Assembly: GCA_951406725.2 (NCBI GenBank)
Contig: OX597822.1
Location: 26,288,001-26,352,000 of the forward strand
Reading direction: 5' to 3'
DNA from: Octopus vulgaris
Lineage: Eukaryota
DNA: 64,000 nucleotides
In this document: piece after piece, positions 40,636-53,130 of the stretch
Position numbering within the stretch: position 1 is the stretch's first letter
Layout of the letters: each line of letters opens with the position of its first letter
Position numbers and translations under genes: made by a program
Notes under the pieces: generated by a model
What the model was told of the DNA's origin: nothing
The model's input: only the letters and a program-made list of their open reading frames with translations
Database searches by the model: none

Positions 40636-41052
40636 CATCATCATCGTTCAACGTCCGCTTCCCATGCTAGCATGGGTTGGATGATTTGACTGAGGGCTGG
40701 CAGACTAGATGGCTGCACCAAGCTCCAATCTTGATCTGGCAGAGTTTCTACAACTGGATGCCCTTCCTAACGCCAACCACTCCGAGAGTGTAGTGGGTGC
40801 TTTTACGTGCCACCGGCATGGGGGCCAGTCAGGCGGTACTGGCAGTGACCTCACTCGAATCTTTTTACACATGCCACCGGCACAAGTGCCAGTAAGGTGA
40901 TGCTGGTAATGATCACGCTCAAATGGTGCCTTTTACGTGCCACCAGCATGGAAACCAGTTAGCCGATCTGGCAACGATCACGCTCGGATGGTGTTCTTAG
41001 CACCCTCCTAGCACGGGGCTCAAGTGCCAGTAAGGCAACGCTGGTAACGATT
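40636..41052 (-). mobile_element. SINE family B
   Basis: Family match; 110 bp upstream of the TMEM47-like middle exon. Confidence 0.85.
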
Positions 41053-41164
41053 GGTATAAGGACCTTCCCAAGGCAACAGCAATATAATATCAACATATGT
41101 CTCATTATCTTAATATTTCCTCTTCTATATATATGCTAACGTTCTTCTCTTTATGTCTTTCCAG

Positions 41165-41314
41165 CCTGGAGGTCGGCTTGTGCTGCTATGTGCATCATGT
41201 CATTACTGATATGTCTTCTTGCAACATTTGCTGCTGTTATTGGTCTGAATACGAAAAATTGCAAGTTGAAATATCGCATGTACAGTGTTGCAAGGGGCGT
41301 CATGCTTCTAGCAA
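41165..41314 (+). CDS. TMEM47: TMEM47-like gene, middle coding exon (TM2 to start of TM3)
   Basis: Acceptor tctttccAG and donor a|GTAAGT; 150 nt, phase 1 to phase 1. Reads (P)WRSACAAMCIMSLLICLLATFAAVIGLNTKNCKLKYRMYSVARGVMLLA, in frame with both flanking exons. This frame is not in the ORF track. Confidence 0.88.
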
Positions 41315-41825
41315 GTAAGTTGACTTCATTGATATTTACTGTTATTATTTTTGTTGTGCTATAATACATACACACACATTGATGTATATACATTGAGAAT
41401 TACATACATATAAATATATATTTATGTATATACAAATTGAGATAGGGGTTGTAAATGCAACCCTCCATGGGATAACATATATCCAATATACTGCTAGTGA
41501 AGTACCCAACAAAGTTAATACATAAATGTTAAGGATTGCGATGCAATCAATTCATTTGCTGTATTATATGGGCAAAGGTAAAATGATTTACTACAAATTA
41601 CTAATACAAGATAAGAAAATGGAGAAATACATCTAAATCAAATATCAATTACCAGATAATACTCAATCACATACTTTATTAAACTACCACATAAGAGACT
41701 GTAGGGTTATACATAAAAAAGCAGAACAAATCAGTGTACATAAAAAAGTGTACATAAAAGAGTAATATTGTATAATAAGCAGAATATATATAAAAAAAAG
41801 AGAATATAAATATATATTTATGTGT

Positions 41826-41875
<50 letters not shown>

Positions 41876-41915
41876 AGAAAACAAAGTTAGTTTATTCTAC
41901 ACATGTAGAAATACA

Positions 41916-42420
41916 GGAAAAATAATTGAAAATGCACTGAGAATAATTAAAATATTTTTTATTAATACATCCCAATCCTTTTCCTCTTTTACCATGTCCA
42001 CTCATAATTATTTCTTAAGAGTAAAGTGCAAAAAGTTATAAACTTAATCATGTGTTCCTTCTCTACAAACACTTGACAGAAAACATTCAGAGTATTCATT
42101 GTTGGGACATGTTCAGTCAACCGTGTCATACTTAACTTACAATGCCAAGGGAACCTACAAACAGTTCTAAGACCAGTCATGTGACTATCCTCTACCAATC
42201 AAATCCTATTCAAAACATATTAATTCCAGCCATGAACTCCTTATAAAAATAGGGCAAGCTTCAAACACTAGTCAGAAGTAAGACAGCTGTGACAGAAGCC
42301 CCTTTTTTCTATTTGAACTGTTTGAAAATCAGTGTAAAATGTGAAACTGGTTAAGGCTTTAAATGTATTAATAAAAAATATTTTAACTGTTCTCAGTGCA
42401 TTTTCAACTACTATTTTCCC
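41916..42420. repeat. Inverted repeat (about 55-bp arms) around a 390-bp spacer; PLE pLTR-like
   Basis: ttgaaaatgcactgagaataattaaaatattttttattaatacat / atgtattaataaaaaatattttaactgttctcagtgcattttcaa, followed by (TA)n. Confidence 0.8.
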
Positions 42421-42433
42421 TATATATATATAG

Positions 42434-42599
<166 letters not shown>

Positions 42600-42618
42600 T
42601 TGATATAGATAGATAGAT

Positions 42619-42926
42619 ATATTGAGAGAAAAAGTCGGCAGAATTTTGGGAAAAAATCTTTTTATTTCTTCATTATTTTTAGTGCTTTCGTTCCTATCTC
42701 GAACTTGTCAAATAAAGTTTTGTGAATGTACAAACAGCTTGTTCATTTATATAAAACAGATGTTTTGGTGAGGTTTTGCTGTTTTATATAAATGAACAAG
42801 CTGTTTGTACATTCACAAAATTTTTTTTGACAAGTTCGAGATAGGAACGAAAGCACTAATAATAATGAAGAAATAAATACACACACAAATTTTTTCCAAA
42901 ATTCTGACGACTTTTTTTCTCAATAT
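42619..42926. repeat. Foldback with about 140-bp arms and 19-nt loop, carrying a variant minimal HHR in each arm
   Basis: The arms are reverse-complementary. The + arm has ttTGACAA-GTTCgagatagGAAC-GAAA-GCAC-TA-ataa (42828-42862). Flanked by (TA)n/(GATA)n. Confidence 0.9.
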
Positions 42927-42968
42927 TTAATTTCGATACATCACACCTAACACTCTATACACACATAC

Positions 42969-43000
<32 letters not shown>

Positions 43001-43007
<7 letters not shown>

Positions 43008-43074
43008 GTTAAAAAGGACAACAAACATCTCAAGTTGTATACAATAACGTTTGTTGTCCTCTTCAACAATTATA
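43001..43074. repeat. Short foldback next to (TA)n
   Basis: tataattgttaaaaaggacaacaaac / gtttgttgtcctcttcaacaattata. Confidence 0.8.
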
Positions 43075-43267
43075 TATCCGCTGCATTGGAAATCTGCAAT
43101 GACTACATAACTACCATCTCAGCTGTAACCTCTAAAGCATTTGATGTCAACAGAACAGCCATGTTACATATCCAATGAGATTGACAAAACTACTGCCATC
43201 AGTATACGAAAACCTCAAGCTTTGTGCAAAACACAGACAGTCTAATTAAAGGCTGTTCAACAATAAC

Positions 43268-43643
43268 TCTTACAACCAATAACACTGTGCACCTTTTCAA
43301 ACTCCACCTGTCTAACACCCGTGGACATGTTTTCTAAGTCAGAAAACAGCACAGCTCCCATGACTTTCGGAAACATTTTTTCACGTTAAGAGTTGCTGAA
43401 GCATGGAACAAACTGCCGGCATCAGTTGTTAGTTGTCGGAGCACTGCATCCTTCAAAACTTCCATGCTTCCTGAGATTCACCAACACTACACCTGATTTT
43501 CTCCCCTCCATACACACGCAAGTATGTATCTGACTCATACACTGTTCACTTCCCAGACATTTGTAAATGACTGCATATGCTTTATACACACTTTTGACAA
43601 GTTGTGGTGCACCTGAGCACTGTATACAATAATTTCATTATTA
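43268..43643 (+). mobile_element. CR1-clade LINE 3' end
   Basis: HLFKLHLSNTRGH..RKHFFTLRVAEAWNKLPASVV..SFK; near-identical to 52060-52470; (ATT)n tail. Confidence 0.85.
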
Positions 43644-43875
43644 TAGTAGCTGGAATACTTCAGTGAAATAACTTAGCTACTTTTCTCTTAGTGATGTAGA
43701 AGACATTAGTTAAGATCTTAACTCCCTATCTAAGTCAAAAGCCTCATCACCAAGCAGAAGCGATCAACACATTAGCATATACTGCATCTTTCCTGTTCTT
43801 TTACCATTCATTTTCTTAGGTATTTCTACAGAATTCCTCAAGTGATTCCTATTTTTTATTTCCTTTCTGTTTCAG

Positions 43876-44111
43876 TTATCTGTGGATGTATCGGGCTCAT
43901 TACTTTTCCTATAAAATTCCGTAGTGAGCTTCCCGAAGATGACGATGTCCCATGGGAATTTGGTTGGGCATATGGTGTTGGCTGGGGCGCTGTTATATTC
44001 ATGACTGGTGCCTGCATTCTGCTGCTTCTGGACAAAGAAAGTGAAGAGATAACTTACCACGAAAAGACAGTGTATAATGAAGACGACTACGAAACGGAAG
44101 CAACCACTTGA
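43876..44111 (+). CDS. TMEM47: TMEM47-like gene, last coding exon (TM3 end, ECL2, TM4, acidic tail)
   Basis: Acceptor ctgtttcAG. Reads (I)ICGCIGLITFPIKFRSELPEDDDVPWEFGWAYGVGWGAVIFMTGACILLLLDKESEEITYHEKTVYNEDDYETEATT*. FPIKF and EFGWAYGVGWGA match the TMEM47/VAB-9 family. AATAAA at 44134 and 44141. Confidence 0.92.
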
Positions 44112-44857
44112 ACATGAAATAACAAAAACCAAAAATAAAGAATAAACGTCAATGCTGTTCTCCTATTTCTACCCTAAACCCTAACCACAAGCCCTGAAAG
44201 ATGCTGAGGCCTCAAATTATTCTGAAGAGTTCCAAAATCAAGGGGGCGTAATATAAACAAATATTTTGGTTGCTGTCTTTTTTTTTTTTTCTCTATTTAA
44301 AAGCAAAAAATTCATCTATTTTTTTCCTCTCTATTTTATTTATAATTTATTTTAAAATTATTGAGAAAATACAAAAAATAAGCTCAAAAAAGATGAAAAA
44401 CTGAACATTACAAAGTTAAAACTTTGTCAAACTTTATGAATCTTGGACAATAGAGTTGAGGGTGACTGGTATTCTCACTTGCTAATCTTTAGAGTAATTC
44501 TTTTGCAAGTGACTAAGGACAAAGAGACAGTTGTATCTGAACCCATTCACTTCTTCGCAGTCTTAACAGGATTGTTGAATCCCTCACGCCACCACAGAAA
44601 AATTGGTGAATTATGAATTCACCACCAATGGGATTTTCAGATACACTTTATGATCAATACGCAAAACAAATAGAGTGACAGCTACACATATTTACATGTA
44701 TATGTATATATTTATATATGTGTGTGTATAATATACATATATGAATGTATGTTTGTTTGTGTGTGTATATATATATATATATACGTGTGTGTGTGTGTGT
44801 ATGTATATATATATATATATATACAGACACACATATATATATATGTGTATATATATG

Positions 44858-44903
<46 letters not shown>

Positions 44904-44916
44904 AACACATACACAA

Positions 44917-44949
<33 letters not shown>

Positions 44950-45359
44950 CTTAGATATACACACACATATATATATACATACATACACCAGTGTAATACT
45001 GAGGAAAGAATTAGGTTTTGTAAAGAGAAATAAACTTCTGAAATAAATTTTGAAAAGATTTTAAAAATCTTTTTAAAAGTGAGAATTCCTTTGTTTTAAT
45101 TGATTTCTGATTTTATTATTCTTTTTAAAGTGACTGATTATGAAGATAATTACAAAGATTAACATTCATGATATCTGAATTGTCACAGGAGTGGCTGCAT
45201 GGTAAGTAGCTTGCTTTCCAACCACATGGTTCCAAGTTCAGTCCCACAGCATGGCACCTTGAGCAAGTATCTTCTATTAGAGCTTCGGGCTGACCAATGC
45301 CTTGTGAGTGGATTTGGTAGACGGAAACTGAAAGAAGCCCGTCGTATATATATATATAC

Positions 45360-45802
45360 CTTGGATCACAGGACAGCCTGCTGTGCTTACCTTGGATCGT
45401 GGGGGCGACCTGCTGTGCTTGAGGAGACCAATTGAGTCAAGTACATCAACATCAAAATAAAAATCAAACGGAAATGGTATTTGTGATACCCTTGCCGGTG
45501 GCATGTAAAAAGCACCATCCGAATGCGGCCAATGCCAGCGCCACCTTGGCTGTCTTCTATGCCGGTAGCATGTAAGAAGCACCAACCAATCGTGGGCATT
45601 GCCAGCTTTCTGTGGGCCCTGTGCCGGTGGCACATAAAAAGCACCCACTACACTCGCGGAGTGGTTGACATTAGGAAGGGCATCCAGCTGTAGAAACACT
45701 GCCAGATCAGACTGAAGCCTGGTGCAGCCTCCTGGCTTCCCAGACCCCAGTCGAACCGTCCAACCCATGCTAGCATGGAAAATGGACATTAAACGATGAT
45801 GA
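45360..45802 (+). mobile_element. SINE family B
   Basis: Family match; abuts the (TA)n core of a truncated SINE-A. Confidence 0.85.
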
Positions 45803-45829
45803 TTAGTGGAATATTAAATCTCACTGATT

Positions 45830-47745
45830 CTGAAGGCCTACAAAGATCATGGGTACTGCCCCTTCATCCAGATCTAACTAAAAAAAAAAATCTAACAGCT
45901 CAAAATCTTAATCAATGCACACATCAAAGAAATACCATTCTACTTCATCTTCTCAAGCTTTAGAGAACCAACAACTAAAACCTGCAAAGCCCTTATAAAT
46001 GCTATCCCTTAAGATCACTAATGTGACAATCTCACATTCACAAAATAATAATGTCTATGTCCCCAAAACTAGTTCTACTCTTTAGAACCCGAACATTTTT
46101 CATACCTAAACAGTTGCTGGTTCTTTACAAAGACCAAATGAAATCTAGATTGGAATACTGCTCTTCTTTCTTTTTTCTTTTACTCTAGGCACAAGGCCTC
46201 AAGTTTTTGGGGAGGGGGTCAGTCGGTTAGATCGACCCCAGTACGCAACTGGTACTTAATTTATCGACATCGAAAGGATGAAAGCAAAGTCTTTCAAACC
46301 CCCGTTTGTATCCCCCAAGATGCATTCCATTCCACTCTGTCACAACAGGATGAAAGCAAAGTCGACCTCGGCGGAATTTGAACTCAGAACAAAAAGACAG
46401 ACGAGATACCTATTTCTTTATTACCCACAAGGGGCTAAACATAGAGGGGACAAACAAGGACAGACATAGGTATTAAGTCGATTACATCGACCCCAGTGCG
46501 TAACTGATACTTAATTTATCGACCCCGAAAGGATGAAAGGCAAAATCGACCTCGGCGGAATTTGAACTCACAATGTAACGGCAGACGAAATACGGCTAAG
46601 CATTTCGCCCAGCGTGCTAACGTTTCTGCCAGCTCGCCGCCTTGTTGTGGAGGTGTGTGGCTTAGTGGTTAGGGTGTTGGATTAATGATCGTAAGATTGT
46701 GGTTTCGATTCCTGGACCGGGCAATGTGTCATGTTATTGAGCAAAACTCTTCATTTTATGTTGCTCTTTTCCACTGCTTTTATACCTTAACAGTTATTGT
46801 TACTCTGCACAAGACAAACAATATCCTAGACTACATCTAAAAGAAATCCTTCTGGCTAACTAGCAACATTTCTCTTTCCAACAAACATCAGTTTGTATCC
46901 CAGGATCTTTTTGGTTTGAACGGCAGTTTTTTCTAGCGGTGTCTAATGGAATTGTCACCCATAATTATGACCCTAGTATCGATCTATTGCATTTCAATCT
47001 GTTTTAGATTTAGGGTTAGGGTTCAATCTGTTTCTTAAACGAGGAACATATTCATACGGCATAGAATGTTTTGCACCTCAATAGACGTCACTGATTGGTT
47101 GAAATTGCAGAAATTGAAGAAGAAAAAACAACAAATATCTTACAAACTATAGAATTTTCTCAATAAAGCCAAGAGAAAAAGATGTTTTTTAAACACATTC
47201 TACCATAGGCGCAGGAGTGGCTGTGTGGTAAGTAGCTTGCTAACCAACCACATGGTTCCGGGTTCAGTCCCACTGCGTGGCATCTTGGGCAAGTGTCTTC
47301 TGCTGTAGCCCCGGGCCGACCAATGCCTTGTGAGTGGATTTGGTAGACAGAAACTGAAAGAAGCCTGTCGTATATATGTATATATATATATGTGTGTGTG
47401 GGGGGGGGGGGTTTGTGTGTCTCGTTTGTCCCCCTAGCATTGCTTGACAACCGATGCTGGTGTGTTTATGTCCCCGTTACTTAGCGGTTCGGGTATAAGA
47501 GACCGATAGAATAAGTACTGGGCTTACAAAAAGAATAAGTCCCGGGGTCGAGTTGCTCGATTAAAGGCGGTGCTCCAGCATTGCCGCAGTCCAAATGACT
47601 GAAACAAGTAAAAGAGTAAAAGAGTATCAGTATACGAAGTTTAAAAGTGTTTAGTTAGGTGGAAATTATTTTAAAAAACTGCCGTTCAAACCGAAAAGGT
47701 CCGTATCCCGCAAGATGCATTCCCTTCCACTCTGTCACAACAGGC
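45830..47745 (+). mobile_element. Degraded CR1/Jockey-group LINE relic fragmented by SINEs and a MITE
   Basis: FFIPKQLLVLYKDQMKSRLEYCS (about 46095-46164) resumes as NILDYI*KKSFWL (about 46820) and again after the MITE. Confidence 0.55.
46903..47702. mobile_element. GGATCTTTT MITE with nested SINE-A (47206-47624)
   Basis: TIR ggatctttttggtttgaacggcagttttt / aaaaactgccgttcaaaccgaaaaggtcc; TSD gtatccca/gtatcccg; internal ttagggttagggtt. Confidence 0.9.
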
Positions 47746-48147
47746 TTTGCTCCTCAGAGTCTGGTTGCAAGCCAAAATGACGTGAGCCAAATTTATGGGC
47801 ACAGTTCCTTCCTGACCTAAAAAGAAATAAGGCGATGCCCCATCGTTATCTTGGTTATGCTGGTTTAAATAAACCAAAGAATTGTGGTTTATAATGTCTG
47901 GCGGTGAATTTTTCCTTACGAAATTAAAAGAAAACATTTCTTTCGCAGATCGAGTGAAAATTCAAAGGGGAATAACTGCAAACACTAAATCAGTCAACAC
48001 TATAGTCTAAGGGAAGTAACTGTGAACGCTATTGCTTTTTATTTTTTTACGTCTTTTTTTATTTCTGGTTTTGGTATCAGAGTAATCGTGGTGGACCAAG
48101 CATAAGATCGAAAGCATTCCACCCATAGTCGTCCAGTCGCACTTTTA

Positions 48148-48335
48148 GGTACTACTAGCGAACAGTGGTCCCGGTGCGCGCACACGCGTACTCGCGCGAG
48201 CTAATCGTGACTAGTCGAACCTATAACGACTACCTAGCAAAGTAAATAAAACACAAAAACACAAAGTAAGGATCGACTAGTCATGACTAGCTAGTGTGGA
48301 TGCGTGCACCGGGACCACTGTTCGCTAGCAGTACC
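48148..48335. mobile_element. 188-bp MITE with GGTAC TIRs and perfect 9-bp TSD
   Basis: TIR ggtactactagcgaacagtggtcccggtgc / gcaccgggaccactgttcgctagcagtacc; TSD GCACTTTTA on both sides. Confidence 0.92.
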
Positions 48336-48609
48336 GCACTTTTACTTATATCAGGTGCTATATTTTCCCAGTGATTCCTTCCTTTTTAAAAAATATTAGC
48401 GTGTAATTTGATGAAGATTTGAAGAAAATGAAGAAACCGAATAAAGATATATTTTTATAAGATAAACTTTTGAAGTTGGAAATCGGAATTTTTTAAGTAC
48501 AAAATGTAGATCAGGAAGTTTGCTTTGTTTATTATGGGATCACTTCTCTTTTATTCATAAAGTTTGGTTGGTTGAGGAAGCTACACTTCCTACTCCTAAT
48601 AAATTTTGT

Positions 48610-49823
48610 GGGGCTAATGCAGTTTCGCAACTCTCCTTGAAAAATGCATTTCTTTTTTTAAAAAACATTTTTTTCGGATTCCTACGTTTTACATATCGGA
48701 AATTACGAATATGCAAGAAATTTTTTCACCCGCCCAAATTAAAATTTTTGATTTTGTTTATTTTAAAGAAATTAAATACAGACAAAAACATTAAAGTGAA
48801 AAGAACTTGAATTTTACTTGTGTTTGCCTTAAATAATCGTATATAGGCGCAGGAGTGGCTGTGTGGTAAGTAGCTTGCTTACCAACCACATGGTTCCGGA
48901 TTCAGTCCCACTGTGTGGCACCTTGGGCAAGTGTCTTCTACAAAGCCTTGTGAGTGGATTTGGTAGGCGGAAACTGAAAGAAGCCCGTCGTATATATATA
49001 TATATGTGTGTGTGTCTATGTTTGTCCCCCAACATCACTTGACAACCGATGCTGGTGTGTTTACGTCCCCGTCACTTAGCGGTTCGGCAAAAGAGGCCAA
49101 TAGGATACATACTAGGCTTACAAAGAATAAGTCCTGGGATTGATTTGGTCGACTAAAGACGGTGCTCCAGCATGTCCACAGTCAAATGATTGAAACAAGT
49201 AAAAGAGTAAAAGAGTAAGAGTATATATTGAGCGAGGAACACCCATATCAAGATCGAATAGACTAAAATGGAACGACTTTATGAAAAATGATTTTGATAT
49301 CTTGAGTTTATCTTTGTTTACTAAAATAAATTTTAAATTTCATCTTTTGTTTGCTAAAATAAAATTTAAAGTGTAAATAGACTATTTTGTCTTTTCATAA
49401 GTATGTTAGTGTGAAAATAGAACAGCGTTAAATAAAAGAAGAATAAGCATAGAAAGTTTTTCAAGTAAAAAACGGTCCCTGGGCTGAAAAAGGTTGGGGA
49501 CCACTGCTATAGAAGACGGTATTACTGTTGTTTTTAGCCCCAGGAAGATATTCATATATATCTATCTCATTATACACATATCTATATGCTTATTGAATTT
49601 TAAATTTTGAAAACGTGGATTCTTGCATATTCGGAATCTCCATTATAAAAACATAGGGAAAAAATTTCGAAAAAGTTCAAAATCGTAATGGGGAGGGGGC
49701 GGTAGTTTTTTTTGTTTTTTTTTGCATATTCGTAATCTCCGACATCTAAAACGTTAAGATCTGAAAAGATTTTTTTCGAAAAAATGCACTTTTCAAGGAG
49801 AGTTGTAAAACTGCACTAGCCCC
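48610..49823. mobile_element. Long-TIR DNA element (MULE-like), old, containing a SINE-A and a hAT end
   Basis: Diverged inverted arms of about 110 bp (ggggctaatgcagtttcgcaactctccttgaaaa.. / ..ttttcaaggagagttgtaaaactgcactagcccc); flanks aaattttgt/aaattttac (7 of 9). Confidence 0.65.
48844..49221 (+). mobile_element. SINE family A
   Basis: Family consensus match. Confidence 0.9.
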
Positions 49824-50094
49824 AAATTTTACCGAGTTGGTAAAATTTTACCAATTATCCTTCATAATTATTCTGCAGCTTATATTTTTATTGCTTTTGC
49901 GTTTTACTATCCCATTTTACAGAATTGCTGTAGAACATCAAAACAGTCTGAGACATTAGATAATTATCTTCTAAATTCTGTTTTGATATAACAAAATTCA
50001 AAGTGAGAATTAACCATAATTTTTATTTTTTTATCACACCCGTCTCATGAGACGTGCGTGATAATAAAACTTTAACGGAAAAGTGATGGGCAGA

Positions 50095-50167
50095 GGTAAA
50101 GAATACGCATACCACCCGTTTCTGGCGTAACCTTAACCCTAAACACCGGGTGTGCGTATTCTTTACC
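50095..50167. repeat. 73-bp GGTAAAG hairpin element with telomere-like loop
   Basis: ggtaaagaatacgcatacc / gggtgtgcgtattctttacc; loop contains taaccttaaccctaaa. Confidence 0.7.
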
Positions 50168-50216
50168 TTCACAAAGTGTTGTATTCTTCAGTGGGTTTTA
50201 AAGCAAGGGCCGCGAG

Positions 50217-50304
50217 GGTACTAGTAGCGTAGACTGGACCCGGTTTGCGCACACGCGCGTCTGCGCGTTGGCGCAAACCGGGTCCGGTCTACGCTACTAG
50301 TACC
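50217..50304. mobile_element. 88-bp GGTAC hairpin MITE
   Basis: 34-bp arms ggtactagtagcgtagactggacccggtttgcgc (1 mismatch); no TSD visible. Confidence 0.75.
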
Positions 50305-50516
50305 GCGTAACTAGAGTTTCAATACAACTCTCGTCACTCCTTGGTGTGGCTTCCAGACGGTCACCATTGTCAATCTCAAGCATCTTTTACACTTTTTCTC
50401 TGCTGGCGAGCTGCCATAGCTAGCGGGTATCTAACACTGGAGTTGTTTCCCCTGCTTCGATACTCTTGTCTGTGCAACAAGAACGTAGATTGAGGAGGCG
50501 AAATATTAAAAAATTG

Positions 50517-50933
50517 GGATCTTTTCGGTTTGAACGGCAGTTTTTTTCTAGCGGTGTCATATGAAATTGTCACCCATAATTATGACACTAGTATCGATCT
50601 ATTGCATTTCAATCTATTTTAGGGGTAGGGGTGGGGGGAAGGGTATCTTTTTTTCTTCAGAAATGTAAATAAACCCAATCTGTTACTTAGACGAGGGACA
50701 TATTCATACGGCACAGAATGTTTTTCACCTCAATAGACGTCATTGATTGGTTGAAATTGCAGAAATTGAAGAAAAAAAAAAACAAACAAATATCTTACAA
50801 ACTATAGAATTTTCTCAATAAAGTCAAAAGAAAAAGAAGTTTTATAAACACATTCTACCAGTACACGAAGTTTAAAAGTGTTTAGTTACGTGGAAATTAT
50901 TTTTAAAAACTGCCGTTCAAACCGAAAAGATCC
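50517..50933. mobile_element. GGATCTTTT MITE, intact
   Basis: Perfect TIRs ggatcttttcggtttgaacggcagttttt; perfect 8-bp TSD AAAAATTG. Confidence 0.93.
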
Positions 50934-51413
50934 AAAAATTGATATCTTGAACTGAACATTCTTTTTACAGAAGAAAACAACCAATCAGTTCTTTGCCCAA
51001 TTCCCTCTCCATGAAGTAGAGATAGCTATTCCGCATGTCCGTTGACCACAGATTACACTTGTCTCGTAGATGAGGGCAATAGTTAAGCATTTAGCAAATT
51101 TCAGTTTGTAGGAATCCACCTGTCTTTTATTCCAACACTGCCTTAATGAATCGATGAGTTTACTCCACAATCGATAAATCTCGTGTGTAGCAATATTCAA
51201 ATAATGAAGAACAACAGATAATTTCTTACGATAGAAAGAACCATATTTCTCCTAAAAACCTCTTGGCGTTTTACATTCTTTTTTAATTCTTACATTTTGT
51301 GTGATTTTGAACACGACATGGCTGCTTTTCCAGCACCTAATATCATCATCATTAAGAGTATTTGCGAAATCAGCATAAAATGTGGTTGATTGTGATTCCC
51401 TAAGATTTAATGG

Positions 51414-51688
51414 GGATCTTTTTGGTTTGAACGGCAGTTTTTAAAAATAATTTCCACGTAATTAAACACTTTTAAACTTCGTATACTGGTAGAATGTGTT
51501 TATAAAACATCTTTTTCTCCTGGCTTTATTGAGAAAATTCTATAGTTTGTAAGATATTTGTTGTATTTTTCTCTTCAATTTCTGCAATTTCAACCAATCA
51601 ATGACGTCTATTGAGGTGAAAACATTCTGTGCCGTATGAATATGTCCCTCGTTTAAGAAACACATTGGGTTTGTCTAAGAAAAGATCC
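51414..51688. mobile_element. GGATCTTTT MITE, internally deleted, opposite orientation
   Basis: Reverse complement of most of 50517-50933; ends aaaagatcc. Confidence 0.85.
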
Positions 51689-52059
51689 CTAGGTGCAACT
51701 TATCCAGTATTGTCTTATACATTACATCCTTGCCTGTTGTGATTAATTGGCTCTTAACTTTACACCAGGTGATTATAAACAAGCACCTGAAACACTTTGA
51801 TGATTAAATAAAAGGACCTTTTCACTTGCTGTCACAAATTTCGTTTGCTTTTTTTAAAATTTTGTTCCTCTGAGTTTTCAAATTTGGTTATACCGATTTA
51901 GTTCTGTGTGCTAATTATGAAAAATGAAAATCATTTTTGCCATAAATTATTAAGTAAAAAAGAGCTTTTAAATTTTGAAGATTTTGAGTATTTAGCCAAT
52001 CGAAAATCACTGTTATACATAATACAGCTTAACCCTTTGCTTGTCCTGTCTGGCAGTTG

Positions 52060-52470
52060 ACTTGGCAGACACTCATAAAATTATTAACCATCTTACTAAC
52101 AATAACTCTGAGCACCTTTTCAAACTCCACCTGTCTAACACCCGTGGACATGTTTACAGTCAGAAAACAGCACAGCTCCCATGACTTTCGGAAACATTTT
52201 TTTCACGCTAAGAGTTGCTGAAGCATGGCATAAACTGCCAGCATCAGTTGTTAGTTGTCGGAGCACTGCAAGCCTTCAAAACTTCCATGCTTCCTGAGAT
52301 TCGCCAACACTACACCTGATTTTCTCCCCTCCAGATACACGCAAGCATGTATCTGACTCATATACTGTTCGCTTTCCAGACATTTTTACATTACTGCATA
52401 TACTTTATACGCACTTTCGACAAGTTATGGTGCACCTGAGCACTGTATACACTAATTTCATTATTATTAT
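52060..52470 (+). mobile_element. CR1-clade LINE 3' end
   Basis: Same family as 43268-43643. Confidence 0.85.
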
Positions 52471-53050
52471 TTTTTTTATATTCATTTAGATATTTCTTGG
52501 GAGAAAACCGATGAATTAAGACAAGAAAACTCTGATGATTACTTCCCTTGATTAGCAAAACTATCCTTTACGTGAGAAATAGTTTTCACGCATTTCGGAT
52601 AATCCCTAATAGTCTCTTGTGGTGGACGGTAATAATAGCACTGGTAAAAATGGCACAAGTGAAAAAATAGGTAAAAATGGTACAATAAGCTTACTGAATA
52701 TATACACTATTGGCAAAAGAAGTAGGATAAAGTTTTTACGTATGTATGTGTTTATACGACACTATGTATATAGTCACCATTTATACACACACTCACACCG
52801 GCTTATATAAACTTACAGTCACTACTTGTACACACTCCCAAACATATGTATATATATATGTTTATTATATATACAGGATTTTGTCTTTCCCATTCGCAAA
52901 TGAGCCCCCTTTGATTTTGCTTAAGATTGCTTTCAATTTTGCTGTGTCAATGCAACTCTGAATTTTGCTTACGATCAACCAATTACTTTATCTCGTAAAT
53001 TAAACGATCTGATGTTATTTGGAATTAAAGTTGGAGAATTTGGGTAATTT

Positions 53051-53130
53051 TAGCCAATCGTGGCGTTAGTAGCTTGTTACCATGACAACCGCACGCTGCG
53101 TTGTGATTCACTCTCCGTGCTGTACGTTGT
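53051..53130. promoter_or_regulatory. Candidate promoter: CCAAT box plus RFX X-box in a CpG-retaining unique segment
   Basis: tagCCAATcg at 53054 and GTTACCATGACAAC at 53076-53089 (X-box consensus GTTRCCATGGYAAC), with several CpGs around. Confidence 0.55.

Noticed and set aside
50305-51200. Possible degraded coding sequence around the MITE
   Set aside because: No recognisable motif in the minus-strand frames I translated; multiple stops.
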